DNA of 61,491 nt, filler included, from Pirum gemmata (GCA_002812295.1; 19 parts of 19 records of this genome joined end to end with filler, not necessarily neighbours in it); one strand, 5' to 3'; counted from the first letter of the whole stretch, positions 38,014 to 50,443 are shown. Program-made: numbers and translations. Notes: generated by a model not told the origin, from the sequence alone.

Positions 38014-38107
38014 TTATTACCACAATTACAAAGAACAAGAACAAGAACAAGAACAAAATCAGAAAAAAGAACATTTTGCATATTCCGTTGGATACCTATT
38101 AAGCTAA
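37379..38107 (+). CDS. EsV-1-7 cysteine-rich repeat protein with Ser/Pro- and Gln/His-rich C-terminal half
   Basis: Two tandem repeats, CVTGCGKHPSYNYPGETKRLYCTKCKLSGMVDLKNPK and CKGADCKKYPNYNYPGKTRRKYCSKCKKPGMQNVK, match the EsV-1-7 pattern C..xC.K.P.(F/Y)N.PG....(F/Y)C..(H/C)K..GMV. Complete single-exon ORF with AAAATGG start. Confidence 0.85.
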
Positions 38108-40382
38108 TTTTAATTAATTTAATAAAATAAATAAAAAATAACAAAATTTTAAACGTATTATTATTATTATATACCTTTCATTTTTTTAAAAAAATAATAT
38201 AATGTTGTTGTTTCATTATTTTTCGTTAATTTTTTGTGTTAGGGTTAGGGAATGTTAGGGTTACATGACGTCACGGTTATAATGCTACTTGAAATCTTGT
38301 AAGTACAGTTCTTTTACCAGTTCTTTTACCCCTTTCAATTTTGATATATTTACCAGCATTTCCTATTAGGTGACCCGTATACTCCGTATCCTAGTTTATA
38401 GTAACTTTTCAAAAAAAGTGGAAGTGGCAAGTTATTCATTTATTCATTAAAAAATTTATTTATTTATTAGTAATAGAAACAGAAATAGCAGTAGTAATAT
38501 TAATATTAATAGTAATATTAATAGTAACCCTAACAGTAATAATAATACAATTATAATATTACTAACACTAACACTACTAATATTAATAAAAATATTAATA
38601 CTCATAATATACTAAAGCTAATACTAATACTAATACAAATAATAATACTAATATTAATATTAATATTAATAAATTATATTTATACTAATACTAATGCTAA
38701 TACTAATACTAATACTAATACTATTAGTAATGATAATAGTAATAGTAATAGTAATAGAAATAGAAATAAAAATAGAAATAGTGATATTAATTAATATTAA
38801 TAGTAATTGTAATAGTAATAGTAATAGTAATAGTAATAGTAATACTAATAGTAATACTAATAATAATACTAATACTAACACCAATGCTAATACTAATACC
38901 AATACCATTACTAGTAGTAGTATTAATACTAATACTAATACTATTACTAGTACTGTTAGAGCTTGGTCTGGGAGTCTAACGCTTCTTGATCTAATGCTGA
39001 TGTTAATTAACGTTGAGATATTGTTAACTAACTAAGTACTCATTAGTTTGTTGCAGACAGACTATAAGTAACATATCAGAATATTAGTCCACATCGTAAT
39101 AATAGCAGTTAGAACGAAGTGTGATTAATAATGTAATATTGATAATAAAACTTAAGTGTAGTAAAACAACTATATATACTTTTTGAAAAAGTGGACATAA
39201 AATAAATATTATTACACTTTTACAAGATAAACTAATATATTATCATATAACTTTTAAAAATCAAAAGTAAGTAATAATTATAATTTACTACTACTACTAC
39301 TACTAAAGTACTAACAGCTAGACTGCTACCACTAAAAGAGGTAAAGGTTAACTTAGAGTTAATGATAGCTTAGGGAGTTAATGATAGCTTAGGGACTACT
39401 AAAGTACTAACAGCTAGACTGCTACCACTAAGAAGTTAGTTGTTACCTTAACGATCACTGTAACATTACGATGTCACTATTATAATTAATAATTACTATT
39501 ACTATCATTACTATACTTTTTACTATTATAATTACTATAATTATAATTACTATTACTATTAGTAGCTAGGGCTATCATAACAAGAAACACTTATGGTTAG
39601 CTAGCGAAACCATAACAAATACCAATCCAAATTATAATATTAATATATAGTATATTAAAATTTTCATATTAAGACTAAGACTAAGACTAGGACTAAGACT
39701 GCATCCAAAAAAATGCGAAAAGTGTCAAATAAATAGGCAAGTGTATGGTTTTGTTAATCCTAACCATGGCGGAGCTTGCAAAAGAAGTTCCCGGGACTGG
39801 GAATTCAAATGAAAGAAAGGCAGACCATAACAACACAGTCTTCTAAAAAGCCTAAGAATGCTAATAATGTTTTAAGTATTCGTTGTTTGTAGCAAAAGTG
39901 TAGGATTTAATTTTAATAAAGTATGTAAAAAGTCCGTTCATCATCCGAACGATTCATCAAAATTGTTCGCACTTTGTGGGTACATATTTATTCTGAAACC
40001 CATGTTATTCACCCTGAACATGATGCCATGCTATTATTATTATTAGTATCATTATTATTATCATTTTACTATTATTATTATCATTNNNNNNNNNNNNNNN
40101 NNNNNNNNNNNNNNNNNNNNNNNNNNNNNTTAATTAATTAANNNNNNNNNNNNNNNNNNNNNNNNNNNNNNNNNNNNNNNNNNNNTATTATTATTATTAT
40201 TATTATTGATTATTATGATTATGATTATGAATATGAGTATTATGCTTATGATTATGATTGTTGTCGTTGCTGTTCACCTTATTAACATTTTAATGTTATT
40301 ATTGCTATTCTATATATAGCTACAGTCACCTAACTCTTATCACTATTGTTAATTGTTTCTATCGTTTAATGCAAAAAAATAG

Positions 40383-41193
40383 CACAGGAAACGGAAACAC
40401 AGGTAACGCACCTTTCTGTAAAACTACATTAGTAGAAGATGGTCAAGACTCATGCCAATACCACGATAGCGAAGGTAAACTTAGAGATTGTATGCAAAAA
40501 GGATCTTATTACGACCGTACCCCTGGTAAATTTGACAATGATTATTATAAACTATTACTAGAAGTTGGCAATAAAACATACGATACATGTGGTAAAATTC
40601 GGCCTAAGAAATGGGAACCATCAGTTGAAAGTTGTGAAGTGGGTAAGGAATGGTGCAATGCTACTTTGCACTTAACCTCTACACAACAATACGCTAATGA
40701 ATATAATTTACAAAGAAAAATTGCCATCTTCAACGCTGATTTTTCACTAACTCAAAATGCTAATCTTAAAGAAGTCATCCAAGCTTACGCTCAAAACCAA
40801 ACTCGCTTTTTCGCAAAGTTTACGGAAGTGTTTGGTGCCGTAACTAAATTAGGTTATGAAGAGTCTGATTTATTTCAATGTATTCCTGATACTTGTACTT
40901 ATAATGCTACTGGGCAATATTTCGATTGTGAACAACAACAAAGTTTAGCTGAAGTTGATCGTTTGATTGCAACTAATTGTACTGGTGGTGATCCTGCCAT
41001 GGCTACTGGTTGTATGGTGAATGAAGCATTGTTTGAAGTAGTATTAGAATGTGATAATGGCGTTACTTTGGTTTGTAATCAAATTGATGCCTTCAATATT
41101 GCTAGTATTGATCCAGGGCCATCTGTAGCTTCTTCACTAAGTGTGATGACTTTAGGGCCGGCATTAATGATGATTTCTTCATTTTTGTTTTAA
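40383..41193 (+). CDS. Terminal exon of a heme peroxidase (peroxidase-catalase superfamily) with Cys-rich extension and putative GPI-anchor signal
   Basis: YDRTPGKFDNDYYKLLL and IFNADFSLTQNANLKEVIQAYAQNQTRFFAKFTEVFGAVTKLG match the C-terminal half of APX/CcP/plant-type peroxidases. Hydrophobic tail ASSLSVMTLGPALMMISSFLF*. The catalytic His motifs are absent, so upstream exons are missing; candidate acceptor AG at 40381-82. Confidence 0.85.
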
Positions 41194-42778
41194 TGAAAGT
41201 TATAATTATTATCGTATAGCAATGTTAGAGTGCGATATAATGATAAAGAAGGGTGAACACCCCTCCGGCTTAGGCTATTAAAAGTAACTTCAGTTACTAT
41301 AATAAGAATGTTCCAAAAAAGCAAAATTATTTTACTATTTATGGTTTATAATTTACTTAATTGGGATTAATACACATCGAAAATAAAGGCGTTTATGACT
41401 CGTTTATTTTTTATAATTATTATGATATTATATAATAATTAAAATAATAATTTATAGTAATAATAATGGCTTATAATAGCAATAACAATAATAATATTAA
41501 TAATAATAATAATAATAATAACAATGTAGCAATATTAATAATAATAATAATAATAATATCATTATCATTATCATTTATCATTATCATTATCATAATTATT
41601 ATCAATTACATATAATAACAATTACATTACATTTCTTTTCAGTAGCCTATCATTCAATCACCACGTTATTAGTACATTATTCTTTTACTTATTTATTAGT
41701 AAAATTTTTTTAAAATAAGAAATGTTATTTATTTTCTAATCTCCTTTTAGTATTCAGTGTTTTCGCACTGTTTTCGCATCTTTTTTCTTTTTTAGACTCG
41801 GTTTTTCGAATTTATTTTATGTATATTTATAAATAAGCTCGAACTAGAGAAAATATTCGAGTTTTTCTCAACTTAATAACTCTCACCCCATATTTGTCCT
41901 CACACATCTGTCATTTTTTTTTAGAAATGAGATCTAGTAACTAAGATCTTACTGACACTTATTATTATTATTTTGGTAGAAATAATTAAAAACATATTTA
42001 ATATAAAATCTTTATTTGCTACCAAATTAACTAAATTGACACAATCATATTTTTTTTTGGTATGATACTCTATGACAAGCTCAGACTACATAGTGATTTC
42101 TTCGAATCTTTTGAGCAACACCAATATTTAATTTGAACTGTTTTAGTTAATAAATGATACTTTTTATTAAATATATTATATATTATATACGACCAATTTA
42201 TAAATATTGATACATTTTAATATTATTTTGGTATGTATAAACTAAAAGTACAATCTACCCATATATGTCCATGAAACTCTACTATGATTAGTTCTTGACT
42301 ATCTGTCATTATAATCTTTAATCTGGCTTATTTTAATATCTATTAAGTGCTAATTAGAAAAAAATATATATATTAAAACCTACCAAATTATTTATATGGC
42401 TACATAATAATATTAATTGGATACGTTTTAGGTACAAATTTGATATTGACAAAAATGGTAATTGCTTTTGACTCAAAGCTCGATAAAAGTACAAAAAGCA
42501 AAAACGAAAACAAAAACGAAAATAAAAAATAAAAATAAAAATAGAAAAATAAAAGATAAATAGATGAAAAAAGCTAGACTAGAGTATGAAAAAAGATAAA
42601 AAACGAAAATTACGACGACTACTAGTATATTGTTATTTTGTTTGTTTTTTATTTGTTTTTGTTTGTTACTGTACATTTTGTAATCATAATATATGTTAAT
42701 TATAATTTACTTACTATTTTATCAGCATAATTACTAATTCTACTTTTGTAATCTACATTAATTCTTCATTTTTTTATA

Positions 42779-43004
42779 ATGGTGATGGTTGATACGAGTC
42801 CCAAACTCAACGAGGACTTTGTTAAAGAAGCATTAAAAGGTCAATCTAAAGAGCCTATTAATGTTAGTTCTCAAGATGAAGTTACCCAAAATAGCGCCAA
42901 AACTTCTGCTGACAATAGTAAGAAAGCAATTGTAACCAGACTTGATGATCTAAACATGAAAGAAATCATGGAAAATTTATTGTTAGAACCATCAGTTTAT
43001 ATCG
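42779..43004 (+). CDS. Possible exon of an unidentified gene
   Basis: Non-repetitive hydrophilic frame (DTSPKLNEDFVKEALK...LLLEPSVYI) ending at a GTATAT donor before an (ATT)n tract. Confidence 0.35.
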
Positions 43005-43007
43005 GTA

Positions 43008-43062
<55 letters not shown>

Positions 43063-43548
43063 NNNNNNNNNNNNNNNNNNNNNNNNNNNNNNNNNNNNNN
43101 NNNNNNTTAATTAATTAANNNNNNNNNNNNNNNNNNNNNNNNNNNNNNNNNNNNNNNNNNNNTAATAATAATAATAATAATAATTTTTAGACTGGCAGAT
43201 ATGACACGAAATGCAAGGAATTTTGATGGATGTATTAAGGATGACGAAAGTCACAGGGAAAAGTACAACGATTTTCTTTTTCAATACATTAATAGAAAGA
43301 TGAGACCATTGCAAAGAAAGATAAATCAAAAATTAATTTACTTAAAGTTTTCTAATGCATGTCAGTCAACATTATATAAAGATATTGAAAAGCAAACGTG
43401 AGAAAAACAAAAAAATGGTATAAAAAGTATGTTTAGAAAATGGGTTGTTTTCCACAATCATTTGTTTGATATACATAAGGTAGCTAAGCGATTGGACTTC
43501 AATACAGTTGGTGTTTTGCCACTTCAGTAAGTAGAAAAGAAAACTCAA

Positions 43549-43622
<74 letters not shown>

Positions 43623-43640
43623 ATAGTAGTAGTGCTAATC

Positions 43641-43730
<90 letters not shown>

Positions 43731-43968
43731 TGTTGTAGTTGTAGTAGTTGTAGCAGTTGTAGTTGTAGTAGTTGTAGTTGTAGTTGTAGTAGTTGTAGTT
43801 GTAGTTGTTGGTGTAGTTGTAGTTGTAGTAGTTGCAGTTGTAGTTGTTGGTGTTGTTATTGTTGGTGGTGGTGTTAGTAGTAGTAGTAGCAATAGACGTA
43901 GTAGGAATAGTGTCTACAAACCGTGATGAATAATCATAACAAGATAATTACAAGATAAAATAACTTAC

Positions 43969-44204
43969 ATTTTATTTTTTAGTAAGTATTCTTTCACTGT
44001 AGGGATAAACTGTTTATAAATGCAAACCGCAGCCACACTGACATTATGTTGATCATTTACTGCTTTACAGCAAAGTTGTTTTATGGTTTCCTCTGTATCG
44101 TTGTCATTCAAACTAGTTAAATCCAACAATGAAACTATTTCTTTTAATTCTTTAGCAGAAAAAGGTTTCTTATCATTTTCGTTTACCATTGAGGCAGTGG
44201 TCAT
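43969..44204 (-). CDS. deoC: Deoxyribose-phosphate aldolase (DeoC/DERA), first exon
   Basis: SLLDLTSLNDNDTEETIKQLCCKA...VAAVCIYKQFIP aligns by eye with the E. coli-type DeoC N-terminus ([23 protein letters not shown]...TAAICIYPRFIP). GTAAGT donor at 43968-63. Confidence 0.85.
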
Positions 44205-44534
44205 GTTTTCGAATATTGAAATCCTACAATGATAATAAAAAATTGATAATAATGATGATGGTAATAATAATTAATAATAATGATAATGATATTAATTTTG
44301 GTTCTTTTGGGTTTTTGTTTTTTTTCACTTTTTTTTCCCTATTTTTTGTTGGTATTTCACTAGTAGTAGTGGAATTTCATAGTTTATATATTTTTTTTAC
44401 ATTTATTGGAGAATTTGGAGTAGTTATTGGAGTATTATTAATTTATTATTAGTATTTTTTAATCTATAGATCATATCGCCTTCTTTGTGGCTGGAGTCAG
44501 GGGCAGGGACAATGGGACATGCTTTTTTTTTTAA

Positions 44535-44762
44535 CACCACTTCCGAGTAAAACTTTTTAGACTTCCTTTCTAAAATCCTTAATAATAACTAGCCAAATTA
44601 TTATTAAAAACTGGCCATTGGTTCATAAAACAGTTTTCTAATTATATGATTTTCCAAATTTTGATAGCACTTTTATTAAAAAAAATTGGAAACTTTTAAA
44701 AGATTTTGAGGATTTTGAGCTCATATGCTATGGCAGATTTTGCAATTTATCTGGCAAGAGTG
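44535..44762 (+). mobile_element. MITE-E, ~228 bp, TTAA-flanked with CAC...GTG ends (piggyBac-like)
   Basis: TTAA|CAC at 44531-37 and GTG|TTAA at 44760-66. The body is shared with two other contigs; the TIR is degenerate beyond the terminal bases. Confidence 0.55.
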
Positions 44763-45123
44763 TTAAAAAAAAAAAAAATCTCTGTTTTTTGTTTTTTGTA
44801 CACCCTTAGCTACACCCTTGTAGGCTTGTAACTGCCTTGTTCGTTGTTAGTTTTTTTTGGTGGTTGTGTTTTTTCAAGGAGTCAAAAAAAACTTTTTTGT
44901 GAATGGATTCTAGATCTGGATTCTGGAATCTGGAACCCATTTTTTAGGACTTTTTTAGGCCACTGGTGCCACTGGCAGGGTTCTATCTATCGATAGCTAG
45001 CTAGTAGCTATCATGATAGTAGGGGTTCTACTAGCTAGACTAGGGTTAACCAACTGTTTTTTAATAACTAGCTAGTGGGGTTAACCATGCATAATTATCG
45101 ATATTATGTCTATTATTATAATA

Positions 45124-45309
45124 TTGTGCTTTTCATTTTATTTTGTCACTCTGAATATTAATTTTGTTGGTTATAATATTTAATTCGATATTTTTAAATT
45201 AATAATTAGATTATAAAATATACCAAATTAAATAAAATGGATTTATATTATATTAATTTGGTATTCTTTATTGTATATTTTATGATGACAAAACAACTGA
45301 AAAATACGA
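45124..45309 (-). mobile_element. MITE-A full copy (reverse), TA-flanked
   Basis: TA|TTGTGCTTTTCA...CAACTGAAAAATACGA|TA. A further partial copy lies at 45778-45916. Confidence 0.88.
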
Positions 45310-46779
45310 TATACGTATGTGGAATGGATAAAAAGATTTTGGTTATGTTTTTTATGGATAAAAATTAATAATAAATAATAATACTAATTGTATCATATAT
45401 ATTAAACTCTTTAACCAATCCTGGTGAAACTTTATGGAATATTTCAGGAATGGAAAATACAAACAAATTTTTAAAAGCCAAGAATACTGCGGATATAAAA
45501 AATGATAAAATATCATTCCACACTAATTGTACGGGAAGAACCAACTCATCTATTTCATCAATATCATTAGTGAAAAATGATGTCTTAGTATTAATACCAT
45601 TCCGTTTTGGTGACATAGATCCTTCAAATATATTTAATAATTTCATTCCTTTTGATTTTAGTATGTCAACTGTTCCTGATAAAATAATATTTTTTGAAAC
45701 ACATAATAATATAGACACTTTAAATTTATGCGATAAAAGTGATAAATGTGCGAATTCTGGACTTTAGAAATTCCTAAATACAATTTTTAAAGAATACCAA
45801 AGTAATACAATTATATAAATCCATTTTTAATTTAATTTGATATTATATTATTTTGTTAACTATTTATTCATTTTTAAAAATGTCAATTTAGATTATACCT
45901 CACCAAATAAATATTCCTGATATAGATCTAAGTGAAGAAATAAATTATTGCATTTTAAAGAATTCGAAGTTGGTTGAGTTTTAACCTAATTATAATTTTT
46001 AATTAAAACCAAAAGGCAAACCTTAATTCTAATTACCCTAACCCAATTGATACAAACTCAAGTCCCAATATCATGTTCCCAACGTGACCAGGATCCCGAC
46101 CCGAGCCCTAATTAGTTCTAAAACAAATTAATACATCCTATATCATAATACATTTTATAATTTTATATCATTTTAAATTCAATTAATTATAACATTTATC
46201 TTTAAATTTTACATTATAATAATTGATTAACTAGCATAATTACATATTATATATTAATATAATATATAATTAATATATATGAATATTATAATATATTATT
46301 TTAAAAATAATATTATTAAAACAATATGAAGTGTAATATATTATACAAAAGTGCCAGTACTAGTATTCGCACAATTTTACACTTTTCTTGCATAAAGTGT
46401 ATAATATATATTAATAATATATATCTACGTAATTAAGAAATCCAGTATAATTTACGTGTACAGCATAATTATATAATAAATCTTCTAGGTGACGTATACA
46501 AAAAATTATTATTATTATATATCATTACTATTATTATTATTATTAANNNNNNNNNNNNNNNNNNNNNNNNNNNNNNNNNNNNNNNNNNNNTTAATTAATT
46601 AANNNNNNNNNNNNNNNNNNNNNNNNNNNNNNNNNNNNNNNNNNNNTAATAATAATAATAATAATATAATCAATGTCAATAATAATAATATAATATAATA
46701 TAATAATAATAATCGATAATACTTTCAAACACACCAATCAATATTAGAACAATCAAATAATATAACAACAAGCACTTAC

Positions 46780-47734
46780 GATATAATCGTTTATCCTTGC
46801 ATGATGCACTGTCCTCAGGTAAAGTAACTCGAAATAGATCACCATTTGGATTATTTTTCGATAGAAACCCAGACGGAGAAAAATAAGACACCATGAAAGG
46901 TTCATAGGCCATTGTTTTGTTCGTTATAACTGCCTTTAACTCATCCATAATTTGATCGCTTGAAACTATTACATCCGGATAATCATTTAAAACATAAATG
47001 CCGTCTAAAACATCATCTAAACCCAAACCTGTTACTACTGTACTATCTTGACCCCAATCAGTCGAATCTGGATAAGAATAAAACTGTAGTTTACATTTTT
47101 TGTCAACTGGAAAAAAAGTACTCAAATAATCAACACACTCTATTTTGTTGTCAGTACACTCCTTGCTTTGCAAGTATGTAGAATAATCATATATATTTGT
47201 GGCGTTAGAGTGTTCATATTCTCGTGATGTTTCTTGGCAGAACAGTTTGGTATGGTTGTAAACATTGACATAGGAACCTATTTCTGCTAGGTCTTTCGAA
47301 GCGTATAACATGTACGATGGAACGTACCAGCCAGGTCTTTCGTAATAACCACTACCCCCCGCAGAATCGACGTTATTGGGTAAGCCTTCGTAACCATAGT
47401 TAGCAAGGTTGGCATGGTATATACCAGTGGCGATATCAGTTAAATAAGTGTCGGTATGAGGAGTAACAAAAGTTTTTGTTTTGATCCCTAGTTTTTCATT
47501 TAATAAGATGGAGGCAAATTCAGTCATTATAGTAGCTTCTACATAGTCAAACGAATTTAAGCGTATGATTGGAGCTCGAGTACTCTTTGTGTCGTACTGT
47601 ACTCTTTCGGTTTCTGAAAAGCAGTATTGGGTTGATAATGGTGGTTCTGATGAAGCTGATACTATGCTATTAGTACAAGTCAATGCGGTAGCCACCACTA
47701 AACCTAAATTAAGATTTGTAATGGGAAAGACCAT
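46780..47734 (-). CDS. First exon of a secreted or membrane protein with a ProX/OpuAC-like (glycine-betaine type II periplasmic-binding) ectodomain
   Basis: Signal peptide (LNLGLVVATALTCTNSIVSA), followed by EATIMTEFASILLNEKLGIKT...DIATGIYHANLANY, GYYERPGWYVPSYM, PFMVSYFSPS and FRVTLPE...C in the order typical of this domain. GTAAGT donor at 46779-74; the ORF tail beyond it is intronic. Confidence 0.7.
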
Positions 47735-47901
47735 TATTATTAATAATACTTTTATTTATATTTATATTTATATTATTATTATTATGATATTTTTTTTAAA
47801 AAAAAAATAAAAATAAAAAAGCGAAAAAAATAAAAGTAAAAAATATATATATATTACAATTGAATTTGAATTTTGAATTTTACTCCACCTTTATTCCCCG
47901 G

Positions 47902-47937
<36 letters not shown>

Positions 47938-49747
47938 AACCCAAAAAAAAAAAAAAAAAAAAAAATTCACCCACCTCTCAAAAAAAAATAAAAAAAATAA
48001 CTAATGTATGATAATAAATAGTCTATATCTCAAGTTCTCATTCTCAACAACCAAAAAAAACCCAAAACAAAACAGCTGAGAGACAAAACAGTGTCAAAAT
48101 AACGCTCTTTTCTTTTCTCTCAGAAGCGATTTTTCAATAATTTCTAGACCAGTCTAGCTACTGCGTCTGTACTATGATACTCTCTAGCTAGCTATCCGAT
48201 CTACTACGATAGAGCTTACGATAGCGATTTTTTGAGTAGAGCTAGCTTAGTAGCAAAAATCAAGGAGTCCAAGAAAAAAAAACTTATCATAGCAAAAAAA
48301 AGTCAAAAATCAGTCAAAAATCACAGAAAAATCAGTGAAAAAAGTGTGAAAAATCACTGAAAAAATCCTCAAAAAATCATGACCAAAGTCACCAAACAAT
48401 AAAATTCCACATTTGAGCAATATTTTAGTATTTTAGTGACCTGTGATTCGTGAGATACCATCCCTCCCATATTATTGTCTTTTAATTGGACTTCTACATC
48501 TTCCGCGATGTCAACCGATCAGCTGGAAATAGCTCTGGAAATTTATTGAACGATCCCAGGAGGAAGTCCTCTCTTATTATTATTATTTTTACGAGGGAGG
48601 GCTTTTATTATAATATTATCGATATGATATTTATTTATAAAATCGATACTAGCTCTATAATCCGCCCGGGCCGAAACCAAATGTTTCGGAATCTGAAACC
48701 TTTTTTTTTAATTAGTAATTTTACTGTAACTTTGTTTTATTGTGTTTTATTGAGAACTTTTCTTATTTTTCTTTAGTGCTCCTATTTCAACGTTAACATA
48801 CATATTCGATTTTTCCATGCTACATAATTCATGCACAATTCATTACTTAATGGTCAATATTCATCATCAGTACCATCATCAGTACGTATCATCATCAGTA
48901 CTATTCACATTTGGATTTTATCGAAAAAAATAAAATTGGCACCTTTAGGTGGCCGTGAAAAATCTGAGAAAGATTTTTAGAAAATTCATAGAAAAACTTA
49001 AAAAACTCAAAAAAAAAATTAGGATCGAGCTGTTTGAATCGATTATATTTTCCCGCATCTCCCACCAATAATCTCATCTAAAATATAGTAATATTGAAAT
49101 TTAATCGATTAAAAAAGCAATTTGCTCGATTACGATTCAAACTAACCAATGTACTCCATAATAACGATATAAGGCTGTGTCAGACTCAACTATCTAATAT
49201 AGTTATTATAATATAATATAAAGAATATGATCGATATAGACAATTACACATAAACTAGAGGGTACCCCAATTCATTCCAATTTTTCATAGTATAATTACC
49301 TTACATTTTGATATTTTTGCTTCCATTTATTCTTATAATAAAAACACCGATTGCAACAACAATAATAATAATAATAATAACCGCAGCAGCAATAGCAATA
49401 ACAACAACAACAACACTAATAATACTAATAATAATAATAATGCACATGGCCATATATCTACAATGTAATTATAACAACAACAACAACAACACTACTAATA
49501 ATAGTAATAATAATAATTAANNNNNNNNNNNNNNNNNNNNNNNNNNNNNNNNNNNNNNNNNNNNTTAATTAATTAANNNNNNNNNNNNNNNNNNNNNNNN
49601 NNNNNNNNNNNNNNNNNNNNTATAATAATAACAATAATATTAATATTAATAATTAGTTTTAATAATAATATAACAATATAATACAATATTATATAATATA
49701 ATATAATATAATATTAATTAATACATAATTAAGTAAAAAATATTAAT

Positions 49748-50176
49748 ATGTTGCTACGTAGTGGAAAAGTGTACAAACCTTATATCAACAATACCCGAAA
49801 ATTTCAAACACGAGTTCGAACAAAACCAACACTCAAAAAAATGAAAAAAATACCCAAAGACTATAATTTTTATAACGACAGTAATTGTTCTTCGCTTAGA
49901 AACCTTGGGTTTGAGTTTGATAGTGGAACTGATAGTGGACATGAAATGGACAAACATTTTACAGAAAATGAACTAGAAATTGAAAGTGATAATGATATGG
50001 AAATTGAAAATTCTTGCTCATTAGCACTGGCTTGTATTAAAAAATTGCCAAAGAATTTCTCGAAATGCTCTTTTGGAAGTAAATTCGCTTTTGATCCAGA
50101 AAAAATTTCCGGAATCTCTAATTTTAAACTTGACAGCTCTTGCTCATTAGTACTGACTTGTACTCATAATTTTTAA
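49748..50176 (+). CDS. Orphan 142-aa protein: basic N-terminus starting MLLRSGK, acidic middle, internal SCSL repeat
   Basis: Complete non-repetitive ORF with coding-like composition between AT-rich flanks. A MITE-A terminus (50178-50209) abuts the stop codon. Confidence 0.55.
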   Translation: MLLRSGKVYKPYINNTRKFQTRVRTKPTLKKMKKIPKDYNFYNDSNCSSLRNLGFEFDSGTDSGHEMDKHFTENELEIESDNDMEIENSCSLALACIKKLPKNFSKCSFGSKFAFDPEKISGISNFKLDSSCSLVLTCTHNF

Positions 50177-50354
50177 ATATATGATGACAAAACAATTGAT
50201 AAGCACGATATTAATATAACTTGTCACTTTTGATTTCGAATAATGTAGTCTATGAACTGCTTCTGCATAGCTATTGTAATTTAGTTTTTCGGGTTGGGGT
50301 TGGGGAGGTTGGATTATGGGTATGAGTATGGGTGTTTTCGGAATTGGGGTTGCG

Positions 50355-50443
50355 GTTAGGGTTAGGGTTAAGGTTAAGGTTAGGGTTAGGGTTAAGGTTA
50401 AGGTTAGGGTTTGGGTTTGGGTTAGGGTTAGGGTAGGGTTAGG
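50355..50443. repeat. Interstitial telomeric repeat (TTAGGG/TTAAGG/TTTGGG); an opposite-orientation (CCCTAA)4 tract lies at 50984-51010
   Basis: Direct reading. Confidence 0.85.

Noticed and set aside
46676..46779. Hydrophobic C-terminus of the 352-aa ORF as a transmembrane helix
   Set aside because: It lies after a GTAAGT donor and runs into (ATT)n, so it is most likely intron read-through.
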